Origin: a virus
Length of the DNA: 64,000 nt
Strand: one strand, 5' to 3'
Virus record (IMG/VR): IMGVR_UViG_3300044991_001301
Positions 20,501 to 30,600 of this stretch are shown here, piece after piece (the first letter of the stretch is position 1; the number at the start of each line of letters is the position of its first letter). Under the pieces are notes generated by a model that was not told the origin of the DNA, ran no database searches, and worked only from the letters and a program-made list of their open reading frames with translations. The translations under genes and the position numbers were made by a program.

Positions 20501-22443
20501 GTTTATTAACCTGTCAGAGTAATCGTTTAATAGACAATAGTACAAACAACTTTGCTATTACAAAAGTCGGGGATACTAGTGTACAGCGTTTCTCACCATT
20601 CAATCCATCAATAGTAACCCCAACAAGTTATAGTGGTTATTTTGATGGTACTGGAGATTACTTAAATACTCCAAGTAATGCCGCTTTTGGATTTGGTACA
20701 GGAGATTTTACTATTGAAGCTTGGTATTATTTTACCGGTACAATAGGAACATATCAACGACCATGGTGGTTTGGTGATGATAATGATAATATTGAAATTA
20801 ACGGTAGTGTTCTAAGAGTTGGTGGTGCTAGTCAAGGTACATTAATAACAGGTGGTACTACAATTCTTGCTAACACATGGTATCATGTTGCATTAACAAG
20901 AGCAAGTGGTAGTTATAAATTATGGCTAAATGGAACACAACAAGGTAGTACAGCTTCAAATAGTTACAATTCTTCTGCTAGAACTTTTACTATAATGGCA
21001 ACTTCAGGAGGCTCTAATCCGTCGACCGGCTATGTTTCTAATTTGCGTATCGTCAAAGGTGTCGCAGTATACACCGGAGCATTCACTGTACCCACAAGCC
21101 CACTAACAGCAACACAAAGTAGTGGTACAAATATTGCCGCAATTACTGGAACATCAACAAGTTTATTAACCTGTCAATCAACTACATTTATAGATAACAG
21201 TACAAACAACTTTACTATATCTGCATTTGGCAATAGTCAACCAACTCAACAAAACCCATTTGGATATACCAGTGCAACTACAAATGGTTATACGGCGAGT
21301 ACAATCGGCGGTAGTGGTTACTTTGATGGTACTGGAGATTTCCTACAGCTCTTAAGTGCTGGTACTTCGTTCAATATGGGTACTGGAGCTTTTACTGCCG
21401 AAGCTTGGATCTATCCACTGGTTTCAGATACGTGGCAAGGCGGCATTTCTACCATTGGTACTTTTGGAACCGGATTTGGCTTTAATATAACTAATACAAA
21501 CAAAATACGATTTACTATTGGCGATAGCGGATCAGGTACTGACTTAGATAGTACTGCTAGTGTTCTTAAAAATACTTGGACACACATTGCAATTACCAGA
21601 AATTCTAGTGGAACTATGTCAGTGTTTATAAATGGCGGTTTACAAGGAACTGCTACCTCCAGCGCAAATATTACTAATACAGAATGTATACTTGGTAGAG
21701 GTTATCTTAACTTAGACCTAAATCTCTTAAACGGATACATGACAGATGTTCGTGTTATAAAAGGCACATCACTGTACACTAGTAACTTTGTACCACCTTC
21801 AGCACCCTTAACCGCAATACAAAATACAACACTGTTAACTAATATGACCGGTGCCGGTATCTACGATGCCGCAATGATGAATAACATGGAAACTGTTGGT
21901 GATGCAAAACTAAGTACAGCAATCTCAAAGTTTGGCGGAAGTAGTATGAGTTTTGACGGTACCGGGGACTATGTTATCGAGCCTACTAATGTCAACTTTG
22001 GTTATGGCACAGGCGATTTTACTATTGAGTTCTGGCTATATTTAAATACATTGGGATTACAAACTATTTTTAGTAATTTGACAGCCGATGCTAGTGTAAA
22101 TCCACACATTTATTACAATTCAGGCCTTTTATATTTTACTAATAGTGCAAACAGAATTACAGGATCAACACTAAGTACAGCTACATGGTATCATATTGCT
22201 GTATGTCGTGCGTCAGGGTCAACAAAGATGTTTATAAATGGAACACAGAGTGGTAGTACTTACGCAGACACTAATAATTATGGCACTACTGCACCTCTTG
22301 GTATTGGCACATATTGGAGATCAGGCACACCAGCTACTACTGAGACATTTAACGGTTACCTAGACGATCTACGCATCACAAAAGGTTATGCACGTTATAC
22401 TTCTAACTTCACACCACCGGCAGCTGCATTCCCAATCTATTAA
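17596..22443 (+). CDS. Adhesin-like virion protein: IPT/TIG, Ig-like and six LamG/ConA-like lectin domains
   Basis: N-terminal GGQTVLINGTGF (IPT), LPTG Ig-type segments, and six repeats of (Y)FDG.GD...FT.E.W...W.H.A..R...NG...GY....R..K. Confidence 0.8.
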   Translation: MSITSVVNDLVTSVSVINALKPLPPTISGYSVGGVDDTALDPAGGQTVLINGTGFLAGATITFDGSAVAVVTYVNPNQLTFTSPAKSAGTYTIYVVNADGGTAIYIPGIIYSVLPTWTTSAGTLGSYYETTSISNTVIASGDAPITYALYSGSLPTGSTLYANGVITGTAPVDSSSTTYSFTIQATDAQLQDSTRSFSLTINVDAVTWVSPANAATYTTAVDSVIANVALSATDAAGYAVSYSANALPTGLTLTGSNISGTPTVIADSSTLLTATAATTTRSAVRTINWSITVANDPYFEYNTLLIPGASTTFVDDASTNNFAVTIAGDTKPNSFNPYSPGYYSNYFDGTGDYISVPDNVAFTMAAGDFTIECWVNLSTISGSQIIIGTCDSGGSQGSMSFVLNVNSGTPRIGVGYGGTMYFATAASAITANTWVHIAGVRNGASVYIYVNGVQSTALNMASLAITDSTQIVAIGRNGAGNFEYVTGYVSNARIVKGTAVYTGAFTPPTLAPLTNAGSTSAAAYPSTINVDITFASSATSLLTSQSNRFIDNSTNAFTVTVAGNTSIKSFQPFTPNSSYSLYGSGYFDGTGDSIYSSVSAAGAGSFTYEAWVYPVAFASNKTIFRTDNGGALDISLLCNSTGQLLSYDNSGTLLASTTTTLQLNTWAYVALVRNGTAMQIYINGVESRTGGSGTFSNNITYTQLDIGGRSTNGDESWNGYITDARYTKSAVYTTTFTPPSAPLTAIANTSLLTLQNNQSVNNSVFLDNSTNNFLVTRNGNTTQGTFSPYGGNWSNYFDGSGDYLSVPGNSVFAFGTEDFTLEVWLYANSISTGTFDRICATSDYNGSGFDWSLNTSTSFLYVGGTAYSIGSITTNTWHHLVYTRSGSVIRGFKNGNLSSYTTGASQNVVSVTQLYIGTGYSGTALNGYLSNLRIIKGSIPVAYQTSSTTTGTQIFTSPTSPVTDISGTSLLTCQSNRLIDNSTNNFAITKVGDTSVQRFSPFNPSIVTPTSYSGYFDGTGDYLNTPSNAAFGFGTGDFTIEAWYYFTGTIGTYQRPWWFGDDNDNIEINGSVLRVGGASQGTLITGGTTILANTWYHVALTRASGSYKLWLNGTQQGSTASNSYNSSARTFTIMATSGGSNPSTGYVSNLRIVKGVAVYTGAFTVPTSPLTATQSSGTNIAAITGTSTSLLTCQSTTFIDNSTNNFTISAFGNSQPTQQNPFGYTSATTNGYTASTIGGSGYFDGTGDFLQLLSAGTSFNMGTGAFTAEAWIYPLVSDTWQGGISTIGTFGTGFGFNITNTNKIRFTIGDSGSGTDLDSTASVLKNTWTHIAITRNSSGTMSVFINGGLQGTATSSANITNTECILGRGYLNLDLNLLNGYMTDVRVIKGTSLYTSNFVPPSAPLTAIQNTTLLTNMTGAGIYDAAMMNNMETVGDAKLSTAISKFGGSSMSFDGTGDYVIEPTNVNFGYGTGDFTIEFWLYLNTLGLQTIFSNLTADASVNPHIYYNSGLLYFTNSANRITGSTLSTATWYHIAVCRASGSTKMFINGTQSGSTYADTNNYGTTAPLGIGTYWRSGTPATTETFNGYLDDLRITKGYARYTSNFTPPAAAFPIY

Positions 22444-22551
22444 CTTAAACAAATTATGACAATAATAACTAGATTAAGCAAGGTTGGGCAGTAACTTAAG
22501 TTACAGTATCCATATACCAGACAGCATAAATACACTAAAGGCCCTATCCAA

Positions 22552-24492
22552 ATGGCATTGACAGTAATTCAACCCTCAGGAGTTAATAACTCTGCAAACT
22601 ATACCTTTAATGGAGTGACATTGACGGGGAATCTCACTGTGGCTAATGTGAGTAATCTGGGGGCGGTGGGCAATGTTATCATCACCGGTGGCAGTAACGG
22701 GCAAGTATTAACCACTAATGGATCAGGTGGACTAAGTTGGGCAACAGGTGGAAGTGGTAGTAGCAGTAATATCAGCAATGGTAATTCAACTGTCAATATC
22801 CCCGCAGCCAATGGCAATATAAATCTAACGGCTGTAGGTAATACTACAATAGTAGTGACAGGTACCGGTGCTAATATCACTGGTACATTAAATGTTAGCA
22901 ACGCAACTACTAGTGGTAATTTTGCGACGGCTGGTAACTTAACAGCAAGCTTTATTGTATCAAATGTAGCGACAGGCACAGCACCTCTTACCGTAACAAG
23001 TACAACTCGCGTTGCAAATCTTAACGTTAATTATGCCAACGTTGCTGACTTTGGAGTGGTTACAACACAGACTACTGGTACATTCTATCCTGTATTTGTA
23101 AGTGGAAATACTACCGGCAACTATGCACCTGCATCAAACAGTGGCTTCTCGGCTAATTTAGCCAATGGAGCACTGATAGCAACTACATTCGTTGGTGCAT
23201 TGAGTGGAGCAGCAACTACAGCAGGTACTGTTACTACTGCTGCTCAACCTAATATTACTAGTGTTGGTACATTGACAAGTTTAGCAGTTACAGGCAACAT
23301 CACAGCAGGCAACTTGATTGGAGTACTTGCAAATGGTAACAGTAATGTGTATATTGCTACAGCAAACGGCAATGTAACTATAGCAGCAGTTGGTAATACA
23401 ACCCTAATAATAACTGGGACTGGTGCTAATATCACTGGTACATTAAATGTAAGTGGTAATCTATCAGCAGGTAATGTAAGTGCAACAAACGGCAATTTTA
23501 CTACTGCTAACGTAAGTGGTCAATTAATTTCAACTATAGCAATTGGTACTGCCCCGTTAGTTGTTACTTCAACCACGCTAGTTGCCAACTTAAATGCTAA
23601 TACCTTAAACGGAGCAACCACCGCTTCCGCTAATACAGCTAGCACAATTGCATTAAGAGATGCAAATGGTAACGTCTCAGCTAACTTTTTTATTGGTAAT
23701 GGTAGTCAATTAACAGGCATAGCGACTGGTAGTTCATCTAATATATCTAATGGCACAAGCAATGTAAATATTGCTGCATCTGGTGGTAACATCACTGCGG
23801 GGGTAGGCGGAACTGCAAACATATTAATACTAACCACCACTGGTGCTAATATCACGGGTACAGCTAATGTCAGTGGTAATGCCAATGTTGGTAACTTGGG
23901 TACCGCAACTGCTATCATCGCTACTGGTAATATTACAACGATTAACAGTGGATTATTACAAAATAGCACTAGTAATATCGTGGTGACTAGTGCGGGAAAT
24001 GTAACAATAACTGCTGCTGGTAACGCTACTCTAGCCGTCACTGGGACTGGGGCTAATGTCGCCGGTACATTAAATGTTACAGGTAATGTGGCACTTAGTG
24101 GCGCTAACGTTAGTTTGGGAGCAGTCGGAAACGTTAAGATTACCGGCGGTACAAGTACATATGTGTTAAGTACAGACGGTGCGGGTAACTTAAGTTGGGC
24201 AGCTGCTCCTTCAGGAGCAAATGTTACAGTAGATAATTTTACGGGTAATGGTGTACAAACAATATTTACTTTAAGCACTACTCCAATTGGTATAAATCAA
24301 ACCAGTGTTAACTATAATGGAGCTACAGTATTACGTACAGATTATTCATTGACAGGTGCAAACATTACATTTAGTAGTGCTCCTGCAAATAGTAGTTATA
24401 TAGAAGTAACAACAATCAATCTCACATCCGGTGGAGGTGGCGGAACATCAGCGGCAGCCGCAGTAGGCTATTCATTAATATTTGGAGGATAA
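22552..24492 (+). CDS. Tail-fibre protein
   Basis: Shares STTRVANLNV, AQPNITSVG and FTGNGVQT modules with neighbouring genes. Confidence 0.7.
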   Translation: MALTVIQPSGVNNSANYTFNGVTLTGNLTVANVSNLGAVGNVIITGGSNGQVLTTNGSGGLSWATGGSGSSSNISNGNSTVNIPAANGNINLTAVGNTTIVVTGTGANITGTLNVSNATTSGNFATAGNLTASFIVSNVATGTAPLTVTSTTRVANLNVNYANVADFGVVTTQTTGTFYPVFVSGNTTGNYAPASNSGFSANLANGALIATTFVGALSGAATTAGTVTTAAQPNITSVGTLTSLAVTGNITAGNLIGVLANGNSNVYIATANGNVTIAAVGNTTLIITGTGANITGTLNVSGNLSAGNVSATNGNFTTANVSGQLISTIAIGTAPLVVTSTTLVANLNANTLNGATTASANTASTIALRDANGNVSANFFIGNGSQLTGIATGSSSNISNGTSNVNIAASGGNITAGVGGTANILILTTTGANITGTANVSGNANVGNLGTATAIIATGNITTINSGLLQNSTSNIVVTSAGNVTITAAGNATLAVTGTGANVAGTLNVTGNVALSGANVSLGAVGNVKITGGTSTYVLSTDGAGNLSWAAAPSGANVTVDNFTGNGVQTIFTLSTTPIGINQTSVNYNGATVLRTDYSLTGANITFSSAPANSSYIEVTTINLTSGGGGGTSAAAAVGYSLIFGG

Positions 24493-24493
24493 C

Positions 24494-24865
24494 ATGGCAG
24501 CACCAAACATAATCAGTGCAACAACAATCAATGGTAAAACAACCGGTGCAAATCTAACAACTACCGCGGCAACTACAGTATTAAACAATGCCAGCGGTAG
24601 TGGTAAGTGTTTAAAAGTAAACGTATTAAACGTAGCTAATTACGGTAATAGCGTAGCTAATATTACCATTGGTTATTATAGTGCAGCCAACGTTGGTGGA
24701 ACATTATTTCAACTTGTGGGAAATGTAAGTGTTCCTAGTAATAGTACATTAAATGTTATTGACAAAACAAGTCAGTATTACTTAGAAGAAAACAGTAGTC
24801 TAGGAGCAACCGCAGGCACAGCAAACACATTGTGTGTTACTTGCAGTTATGAGGATATAAGTTAA
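24494..24865 (+). CDS. Small fibre-associated protein
   Basis: SD ggagg before MAAPNII. Confidence 0.65.
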   Translation: MAAPNIISATTINGKTTGANLTTTAATTVLNNASGSGKCLKVNVLNVANYGNSVANITIGYYSAANVGGTLFQLVGNVSVPSNSTLNVIDKTSQYYLEENSSLGATAGTANTLCVTCSYEDIS

Positions 24866-24866
24866 A

Positions 24867-25796
24867 ATGGTTAAAAGATATTATGGGGGCGTAATATCTG
24901 CTACACAAGCTGTGGCTAATGTAACATCAGCTTCTGGATTTTTTAATACTAGTCAACAAATACAAGCTAAACAGGCCGGCAATTGGCCTGGGCCAATACC
25001 TGTGTTTACTGTACTTGTTGTTGCGGGCGGAGGATCGGGCGGTGGTGGCGGTAACCAAGCGGGCGGTGGTGGCGGCGGCGCTGGTGGAGTAACGCCTGTT
25101 AGTAACCTCATTCTGTCGGTTGGAGTAACTTATACGGTTAGTGTCGGCGCCGGGGCTACTGCAATATCTGGTGGTAGTGGCGTAAAGGGCGGGAATTCTG
25201 CAATTGGTACTACTACTGCTGAAGGCGGCGGCTTCGGAGGTGGTTGGAACTATGCTAGCAGTACAGGAGGATCTGGTGGTGGTGCAGGATATGGCAATGT
25301 CCAGGCTGCATCGGCTTCTAACGCAGTAGCTCCTCAACTTGGAAATAGTGGTGGAGCAGGTATTTCTACTGGCGGATACCCAGGTGGCGGTGGAGGTGGT
25401 GCCGGCGCGGCAGGAGGTAATGCACCAAATAATGTGACTGGCGGAACAGGAGGTATAGGATACCAATCATCAATTAGCGGCACTGCTACCTATTACGGTG
25501 GAGGCGGAGGAGCAGGTAATTGGAGCGGTACTGCAGGTACCGGTGGAACCGGCGGCGGAGGTACCGGAAGTACTAGTGCGCAGGGATCAAGTGGTACAGC
25601 TAATACTGGTGGTGGTGGTGGTGGTAGTACTGCTAATGCTAGTCAAGGCACCGGTGGAACAGGCGGCGGCGGCATAGTTGTTCTTAGTTATCCGGATTCT
25701 TATCGAGCAGCTACATCTGCTCCCGGAGCAACAGCTACAACCTCCGGTGGTAATAGAATATATACTTGGACTACTTCTGGATCTTTTACATTCTAA
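24867..25796 (+). CDS. Glycine-rich fibre-tip protein
   Basis: VLVVAGGGSGG...GGGGGAGG, YYGGGGG, ANTGGGGGG and GIVVLSYP match the glycine-rich domain common in phage fibre regions. Confidence 0.75.
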   Translation: MVKRYYGGVISATQAVANVTSASGFFNTSQQIQAKQAGNWPGPIPVFTVLVVAGGGSGGGGGNQAGGGGGGAGGVTPVSNLILSVGVTYTVSVGAGATAISGGSGVKGGNSAIGTTTAEGGGFGGGWNYASSTGGSGGGAGYGNVQAASASNAVAPQLGNSGGAGISTGGYPGGGGGGAGAAGGNAPNNVTGGTGGIGYQSSISGTATYYGGGGGAGNWSGTAGTGGTGGGGTGSTSAQGSSGTANTGGGGGGSTANASQGTGGTGGGGIVVLSYPDSYRAATSAPGATATTSGGNRIYTWTTSGSFTF

Positions 25797-25812
25797 ATAA
25801 GAAAATTAAATA

Positions 25813-26172
25813 ATGAGTCATTTTGCACAAATAGATGAAAACAACACAGTAACACAGGTTTTAGTAATAGAACAAGCTGTTGTAGATACCGGTATGTTTG
25901 GCGATCCAACCAGCTGGATTCAAACCAGCTATAATACTAGTGCAGGAGAACATAGACTCGGTGGCACTCCGCTCCGTAAAAATTATGCCGGCATCGGCTA
26001 CTCATATGATAGCACAAGAGATGCTTTCATTCCACCTAAACCATTTGCAAGTTGGGTATTAGTAGAAGATACTTGCTTATGGCAAGCACCTACTCCACGG
26101 CCATCTGATGGAAAAATGTATACCTGGGATGAAGATACACTATCTTGGATTGATATAACTATACCTCAGTAA
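25813..26172 (+). CDS. Conserved phage fibre-associated protein
   Basis: MSHFAQID...WIQTSYN...LRKNYAGIGYSYD...DAFIPPKP..SW, a family typically found after Gly-rich fibre genes. Confidence 0.75.
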   Translation: MSHFAQIDENNTVTQVLVIEQAVVDTGMFGDPTSWIQTSYNTSAGEHRLGGTPLRKNYAGIGYSYDSTRDAFIPPKPFASWVLVEDTCLWQAPTPRPSDGKMYTWDEDTLSWIDITIPQ

Positions 26173-26233
26173 CTGTTATAGGAGTCAAATTGGATTAAAT
26201 ACATAGATAGACCAACATATAAGAGATTTACTA

Positions 26234-29200
26234 ATGGCAATTACAAAGTTACAACCGTTTAACCTAGATTCAACTGCTAACTATACCTTTGCCAATATTA
26301 CCACCGGCAATGCTAATTTAGGAAATGCAGCTACTGCAAATTATTTCATTGGATCAGGTAATAACTTAAGTAATATTCAGTCTGCCAATTTGTCCGGACA
26401 AGTAGCTAACGCACTAGTATCTGGCACTGTGTATACAAACGCTCAACCAAACATAACAAGTGTTGGTAATTTAACTGGGTTAACCGTAAGTAATGCAACA
26501 GGTGTAGTTGATTTTACTACTACAGCAAACGTTACATTGGGTACAATTGCTAATGTACATATCACAGGCGGTTCTAGTAGTCAATATCTACAAACAGATG
26601 GCGTGGGTAATTTATCCTGGTCTACCATAAGTTCTAGTGCTATTAGTAATGGCACAAGTAATGTTAATATCCCCACAGCAAACGGCAATGTAAACTTAAC
26701 GGCTGTAGGTAATACTACAATGGTAGTTACTGGTACAGGTGCTAATATCACTGGTACAGCTAATGTTTCAGGGACAAGTTCATTTGGTGCTAACGTAGAC
26801 TTAAACACCAACTCCATCAATAATCTGCACGACCCTGTTGCAGCGCAAGATGCGGCTACCAAGAATTATGTTGATACAGTGGCTAAGGGGTTGAACATTC
26901 ACGAAGCTGCCTACGTAGCTACCACTGGTAATCTAGATACAGCTACATCGGGAACGGTATCGTATAACAACGGCGCATCGGGAGTTGGTGCTAATCTAGT
27001 AACAACTGGAACGTATTTGTTAATCGACGGTGGTAATGTACAGACAGTTGGTACTCGTATCCTCGTTAAAAATGAAGCAAATCAAGCATGGAATGGCGTG
27101 TACACATACGCGAATACTACCGTTATTGTACGTGCTATAGACTTTGATACATCCACTGAGGTAAATGGTGGAGACTTCTTATTTATAACTTCGGGTAGTA
27201 CACAGGCTGATACTGGCTGGGTGCAGATAACAGATAATGTGGTTATTGGCACAAGTAACCTCGTATTCGATCAGTTTTCAGGTGTAGGTACATATCAAGC
27301 TGGTACCGGTTTAACATTAACCGGGCAAACCTTCTCAGTAAATGTAGCGCAGCCCACAATCACTAGTGTTGGTAATTTAACTGGGTTAACCGTAAGTAAT
27401 GCAACAGGTGTAGTTGATTTTACAACCACAGCTAATGTTACATTGGGTGCGGTAGGTAATCTACATATAAGTGGCGGTTCTAGTAGTCAATATCTACAAA
27501 CAGATGGCGTGGGTAATTTATCTTGGTCTACCATAAGTTCTAGTGCTATTAGTAATGGCACAAGTAATGTTAATATCCCCACAGCAAACGGCAATGTAAA
27601 CATAACTGCTGCCGGTAATACCACACTGGTAATCACTGGTACTGGTGCTAACGTTACTGGTACAATTAATGTAAGTGGTAATGCTAATATTGGCGCGGGA
27701 AATGTTGTTTGGGATGGTACAAATTTTAGAATTAATACAACTAAAATTCAATTAGGTTCTAATGCTGGTGTTACCAGTCAAGGCGCAAATGCAGTAGCTA
27801 TTGGTGTCAATGCCGGCAATAACTTTCAAGGCGCCAATTCAGTAGCAATTGGTAGTCTGGCTGGCGCCAACCCGGCCACTGTATCTACCAATTATGTATC
27901 AGGTGGAGAGATTGATACCACCCTAATAGTTGTAGACACTACTGGGATTATTTCAGGTATGAAAATATCTGGAACAGGGTTCACTAGTGGACAAACAGTA
28001 GTTTCGGTGACTGATGGAACAACATTGGAAATATCAGCGTCGGCAGACTCAACCCCATCTGGATCGCTAACATTTGTAGGTGGCCAAGGTGACAATTCAG
28101 TAGCTGTGGGTTTGTATGCTGGTTCAGTACTGCAAGGCACATATTCAGTAGCTATTGGCGCTGCGGCTGGCAGTACCCGGCAAGGGGCATCAGCAGTGGC
28201 TATCGGGTTGAGTGCGGGAGTAGGCAGCCAAGGCGCAAGTGCAGTCGCTATTGGTGATAATGCTGGTCAAGATACACAAGGCGCAAATGCGGTAGCTATC
28301 GGTAGTAAGGCTGGTACCTATCTTCAATCTAATAATGCAGTAGCTATAGGACATCTGGCTGGTGCGTATTCACAAGGTACATATTCAGTGGCTATCGGTT
28401 ACTATGCTGGCAATAATACTCAAGGTATTTTTTCAGTGGCTATCGGCCAATATGCCGGCTTCGACCACCCGGGTGGTTACACAGTTGCAATTGGAAGTTC
28501 AGCTGGCCGATATACACAAGGCGCAAGTGCAGTGGCTATTGGTGAGAATGCCGGTAGCAACACGCAAGGCACATATTCAGTGGCTATCGGTGCTAATGCC
28601 GGTAGCAACTTGCAAGGCGCAAATTCAGTGGCTATCGGTGCTAATGCCGGTAGCAACACGCAAGGCACATATTCAGTAGCAATTGGTAGAGGTGTAGGTG
28701 CCAATACACAAGGCGCAAGTGCAGTGGCTATTGGTGATAATGCCGGTAAAAATACACAGGGCAGTCGTTCAGTGGCAATTGGCTTCTACGCCGGCGGCGG
28801 CGATCAAAGCCTCTATTCAGTAGCTATTGGTGACCAGGCCGGCACCACCAATCAAGGTGGAAATGCGGTGGCTGTCGGTCCATTCGCCGGCGCGTTCGAC
28901 CAAGGCGCAAATTCAATAGCTATTGGTGCACGTGCTGGTCAAGGCGATCAAGGCGCAAATTCAGTGGCTATCGGCCGCTACGCCGGCGGCTATACGCAAG
29001 GCGTAAATGCCGTAGCTATTGGTGCTAATGCCGGTTATACCAGTCAAGGCAATAACTCAATCATTATTAACGCAACTGGCGCAAACTTAGAGCAAACTAC
29101 TGCTAATACATTTACTGTGGCACCGGTTAGAAATGATACTTCAAATATTGCTGAAGTTATGTTCTACAATGCTACTAGCAAAGAAGTTACATATGGTAAC

Positions 29201-30364
29201 ACAATTAGTATTGCTGGTAATATTTCAGCAGGTAATGTAAGTGGAAATGGCACAGTCCAAGCAAACAATCACACTGTAACTGGCGCAGCTACTGGTAATT
29301 TGAATGTGTCTACTATTACTGGTAACTTGGGATTTAGATCACTAGCATCAACATACACAGATGATTCGGCTTCAGCCTCAGGCACTATAGCTCTAGCTGC
29401 GGTACACGCATTAGCAATACCAACAATAGCAGCATCAAATGCAACTGTAACCGTCACTACGGGAGCGACATTGTATGTTGCAGGTGCCCCCGCAAACAGC
29501 ACTAATATCACCACATTTACTAATCCCTATGCGTTGTATGTGGCTGCCGGTAATAGCTTTTTTGGTGGCAATATTATAGGTAATCTTGCAAATGGCAATT
29601 CAAGCGTTAAGATACCTGCAGCTAATGGTAATATAAATCTAACGGCTGTAGGTAATACTACAATAGTAGTGACAGGTACTGGTGCCAACATCACTGGTAC
29701 ATTAAATGTAAGTGGTAATGCTAATATTGGTCTAGGTAATGTTGTTTGGAATGGCACAAACTTTAGAATTAACACCACTACTATTCAATTGGGTGCTAAT
29801 GCTGGTGTTACCAGTCAAGGCGCGAATTCGGTAGCCATTGGTGCCAACGCCGGCGTTACCAACCAAGCAGCCAACTCGATAATTATTAACGCAACTGGTG
29901 CGACCTTAGACCAAACAACAGCCAATACATTTACAGTTGCACCAATCAGAAATGATACAAGCAACATAGCTAATGCGCTATACTATAACATAGCAACTAG
30001 CGAGATATCTTATGCTCCACCTGCAGGTGGGGGTAGTACTACGGTAGTAGCGTATCCAGATTCTGCTACAATTACACTAAATTCAGCAAATACTGACATA
30101 GGTACACAAACAAATACACAGGTGGCCGGCACGCTAACTATTGCGGCACCAACTGGTTCACCAACAGACGGACAAAAAATAATGATTAGACTACAAGCAA
30201 CCAATACACAGACTTTTTCCTTTAACGCCGTATTCAACGGATCACTAGATTTATCATTGCCCACTACCAGTAGCAATGGTAGTAAATACGATTACCTAGG
30301 ATTTATTTATAATTCAGGTGCTACAAAATGGAACTTTATTACTAGAAACTTTGGATTTGTATGA
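26234..30364 (+). CDS. Long tail fibre with YadA-head-like 14-aa repeats
   Basis: More than 20 tandem QG..SVAIG..AG repeats, a DAATKNYVD module, and internal duplications. Confidence 0.75.
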   Translation: MAITKLQPFNLDSTANYTFANITTGNANLGNAATANYFIGSGNNLSNIQSANLSGQVANALVSGTVYTNAQPNITSVGNLTGLTVSNATGVVDFTTTANVTLGTIANVHITGGSSSQYLQTDGVGNLSWSTISSSAISNGTSNVNIPTANGNVNLTAVGNTTMVVTGTGANITGTANVSGTSSFGANVDLNTNSINNLHDPVAAQDAATKNYVDTVAKGLNIHEAAYVATTGNLDTATSGTVSYNNGASGVGANLVTTGTYLLIDGGNVQTVGTRILVKNEANQAWNGVYTYANTTVIVRAIDFDTSTEVNGGDFLFITSGSTQADTGWVQITDNVVIGTSNLVFDQFSGVGTYQAGTGLTLTGQTFSVNVAQPTITSVGNLTGLTVSNATGVVDFTTTANVTLGAVGNLHISGGSSSQYLQTDGVGNLSWSTISSSAISNGTSNVNIPTANGNVNITAAGNTTLVITGTGANVTGTINVSGNANIGAGNVVWDGTNFRINTTKIQLGSNAGVTSQGANAVAIGVNAGNNFQGANSVAIGSLAGANPATVSTNYVSGGEIDTTLIVVDTTGIISGMKISGTGFTSGQTVVSVTDGTTLEISASADSTPSGSLTFVGGQGDNSVAVGLYAGSVLQGTYSVAIGAAAGSTRQGASAVAIGLSAGVGSQGASAVAIGDNAGQDTQGANAVAIGSKAGTYLQSNNAVAIGHLAGAYSQGTYSVAIGYYAGNNTQGIFSVAIGQYAGFDHPGGYTVAIGSSAGRYTQGASAVAIGENAGSNTQGTYSVAIGANAGSNLQGANSVAIGANAGSNTQGTYSVAIGRGVGANTQGASAVAIGDNAGKNTQGSRSVAIGFYAGGGDQSLYSVAIGDQAGTTNQGGNAVAVGPFAGAFDQGANSIAIGARAGQGDQGANSVAIGRYAGGYTQGVNAVAIGANAGYTSQGNNSIIINATGANLEQTTANTFTVAPVRNDTSNIAEVMFYNATSKEVTYGNTISIAGNISAGNVSGNGTVQANNHTVTGAATGNLNVSTITGNLGFRSLASTYTDDSASASGTIALAAVHALAIPTIAASNATVTVTTGATLYVAGAPANSTNITTFTNPYALYVAAGNSFFGGNIIGNLANGNSSVKIPAANGNINLTAVGNTTIVVTGTGANITGTLNVSGNANIGLGNVVWNGTNFRINTTTIQLGANAGVTSQGANSVAIGANAGVTNQAANSIIINATGATLDQTTANTFTVAPIRNDTSNIANALYYNIATSEISYAPPAGGGSTTVVAYPDSATITLNSANTDIGTQTNTQVAGTLTIAAPTGSPTDGQKIMIRLQATNTQTFSFNAVFNGSLDLSLPTTSSNGSKYDYLGFIYNSGATKWNFITRNFGFV
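27770..29050 (+). repeat. Degenerate 42-bp tandem repeat encoding SVAIG (YadA-like) units
   Basis: Recurrent caaggc...tcagtggctatcggt...gc(c/t)gg motif with a 42-nt period. Confidence 0.8.
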
Positions 30365-30597
30365 GCATACTTACCACCTACAACACATATCGGTTTGAAA
30401 AAACGCTTCCGGATGGCAGAAGATATTCTGATGCTATAATGCTACCAATGGACCATACCTTAACAGATGAAGAAATTCTCGCCAAGCAGGAAGCAAGATT
30501 TGAACAGTGGATAATAGCTATCACTCGCGTAGACACACCAACTGATGTAGTACCAGACATAGTACCAGACATAGTACCAGACGTAGTACCAGAATAA
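30361..30597 (+). CDS. Hypothetical protein with a C-terminal D(I/V)VP 12-bp tandem repeat
   Basis: ATGA overlap with the upstream gene; tagtaccagac repeats at about 30544-30594. Confidence 0.65.
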   Translation: MSILTTYNTYRFEKTLPDGRRYSDAIMLPMDHTLTDEEILAKQEARFEQWIIAITRVDTPTDVVPDIVPDIVPDVVPE

Positions 30598-30600
30598 TTT

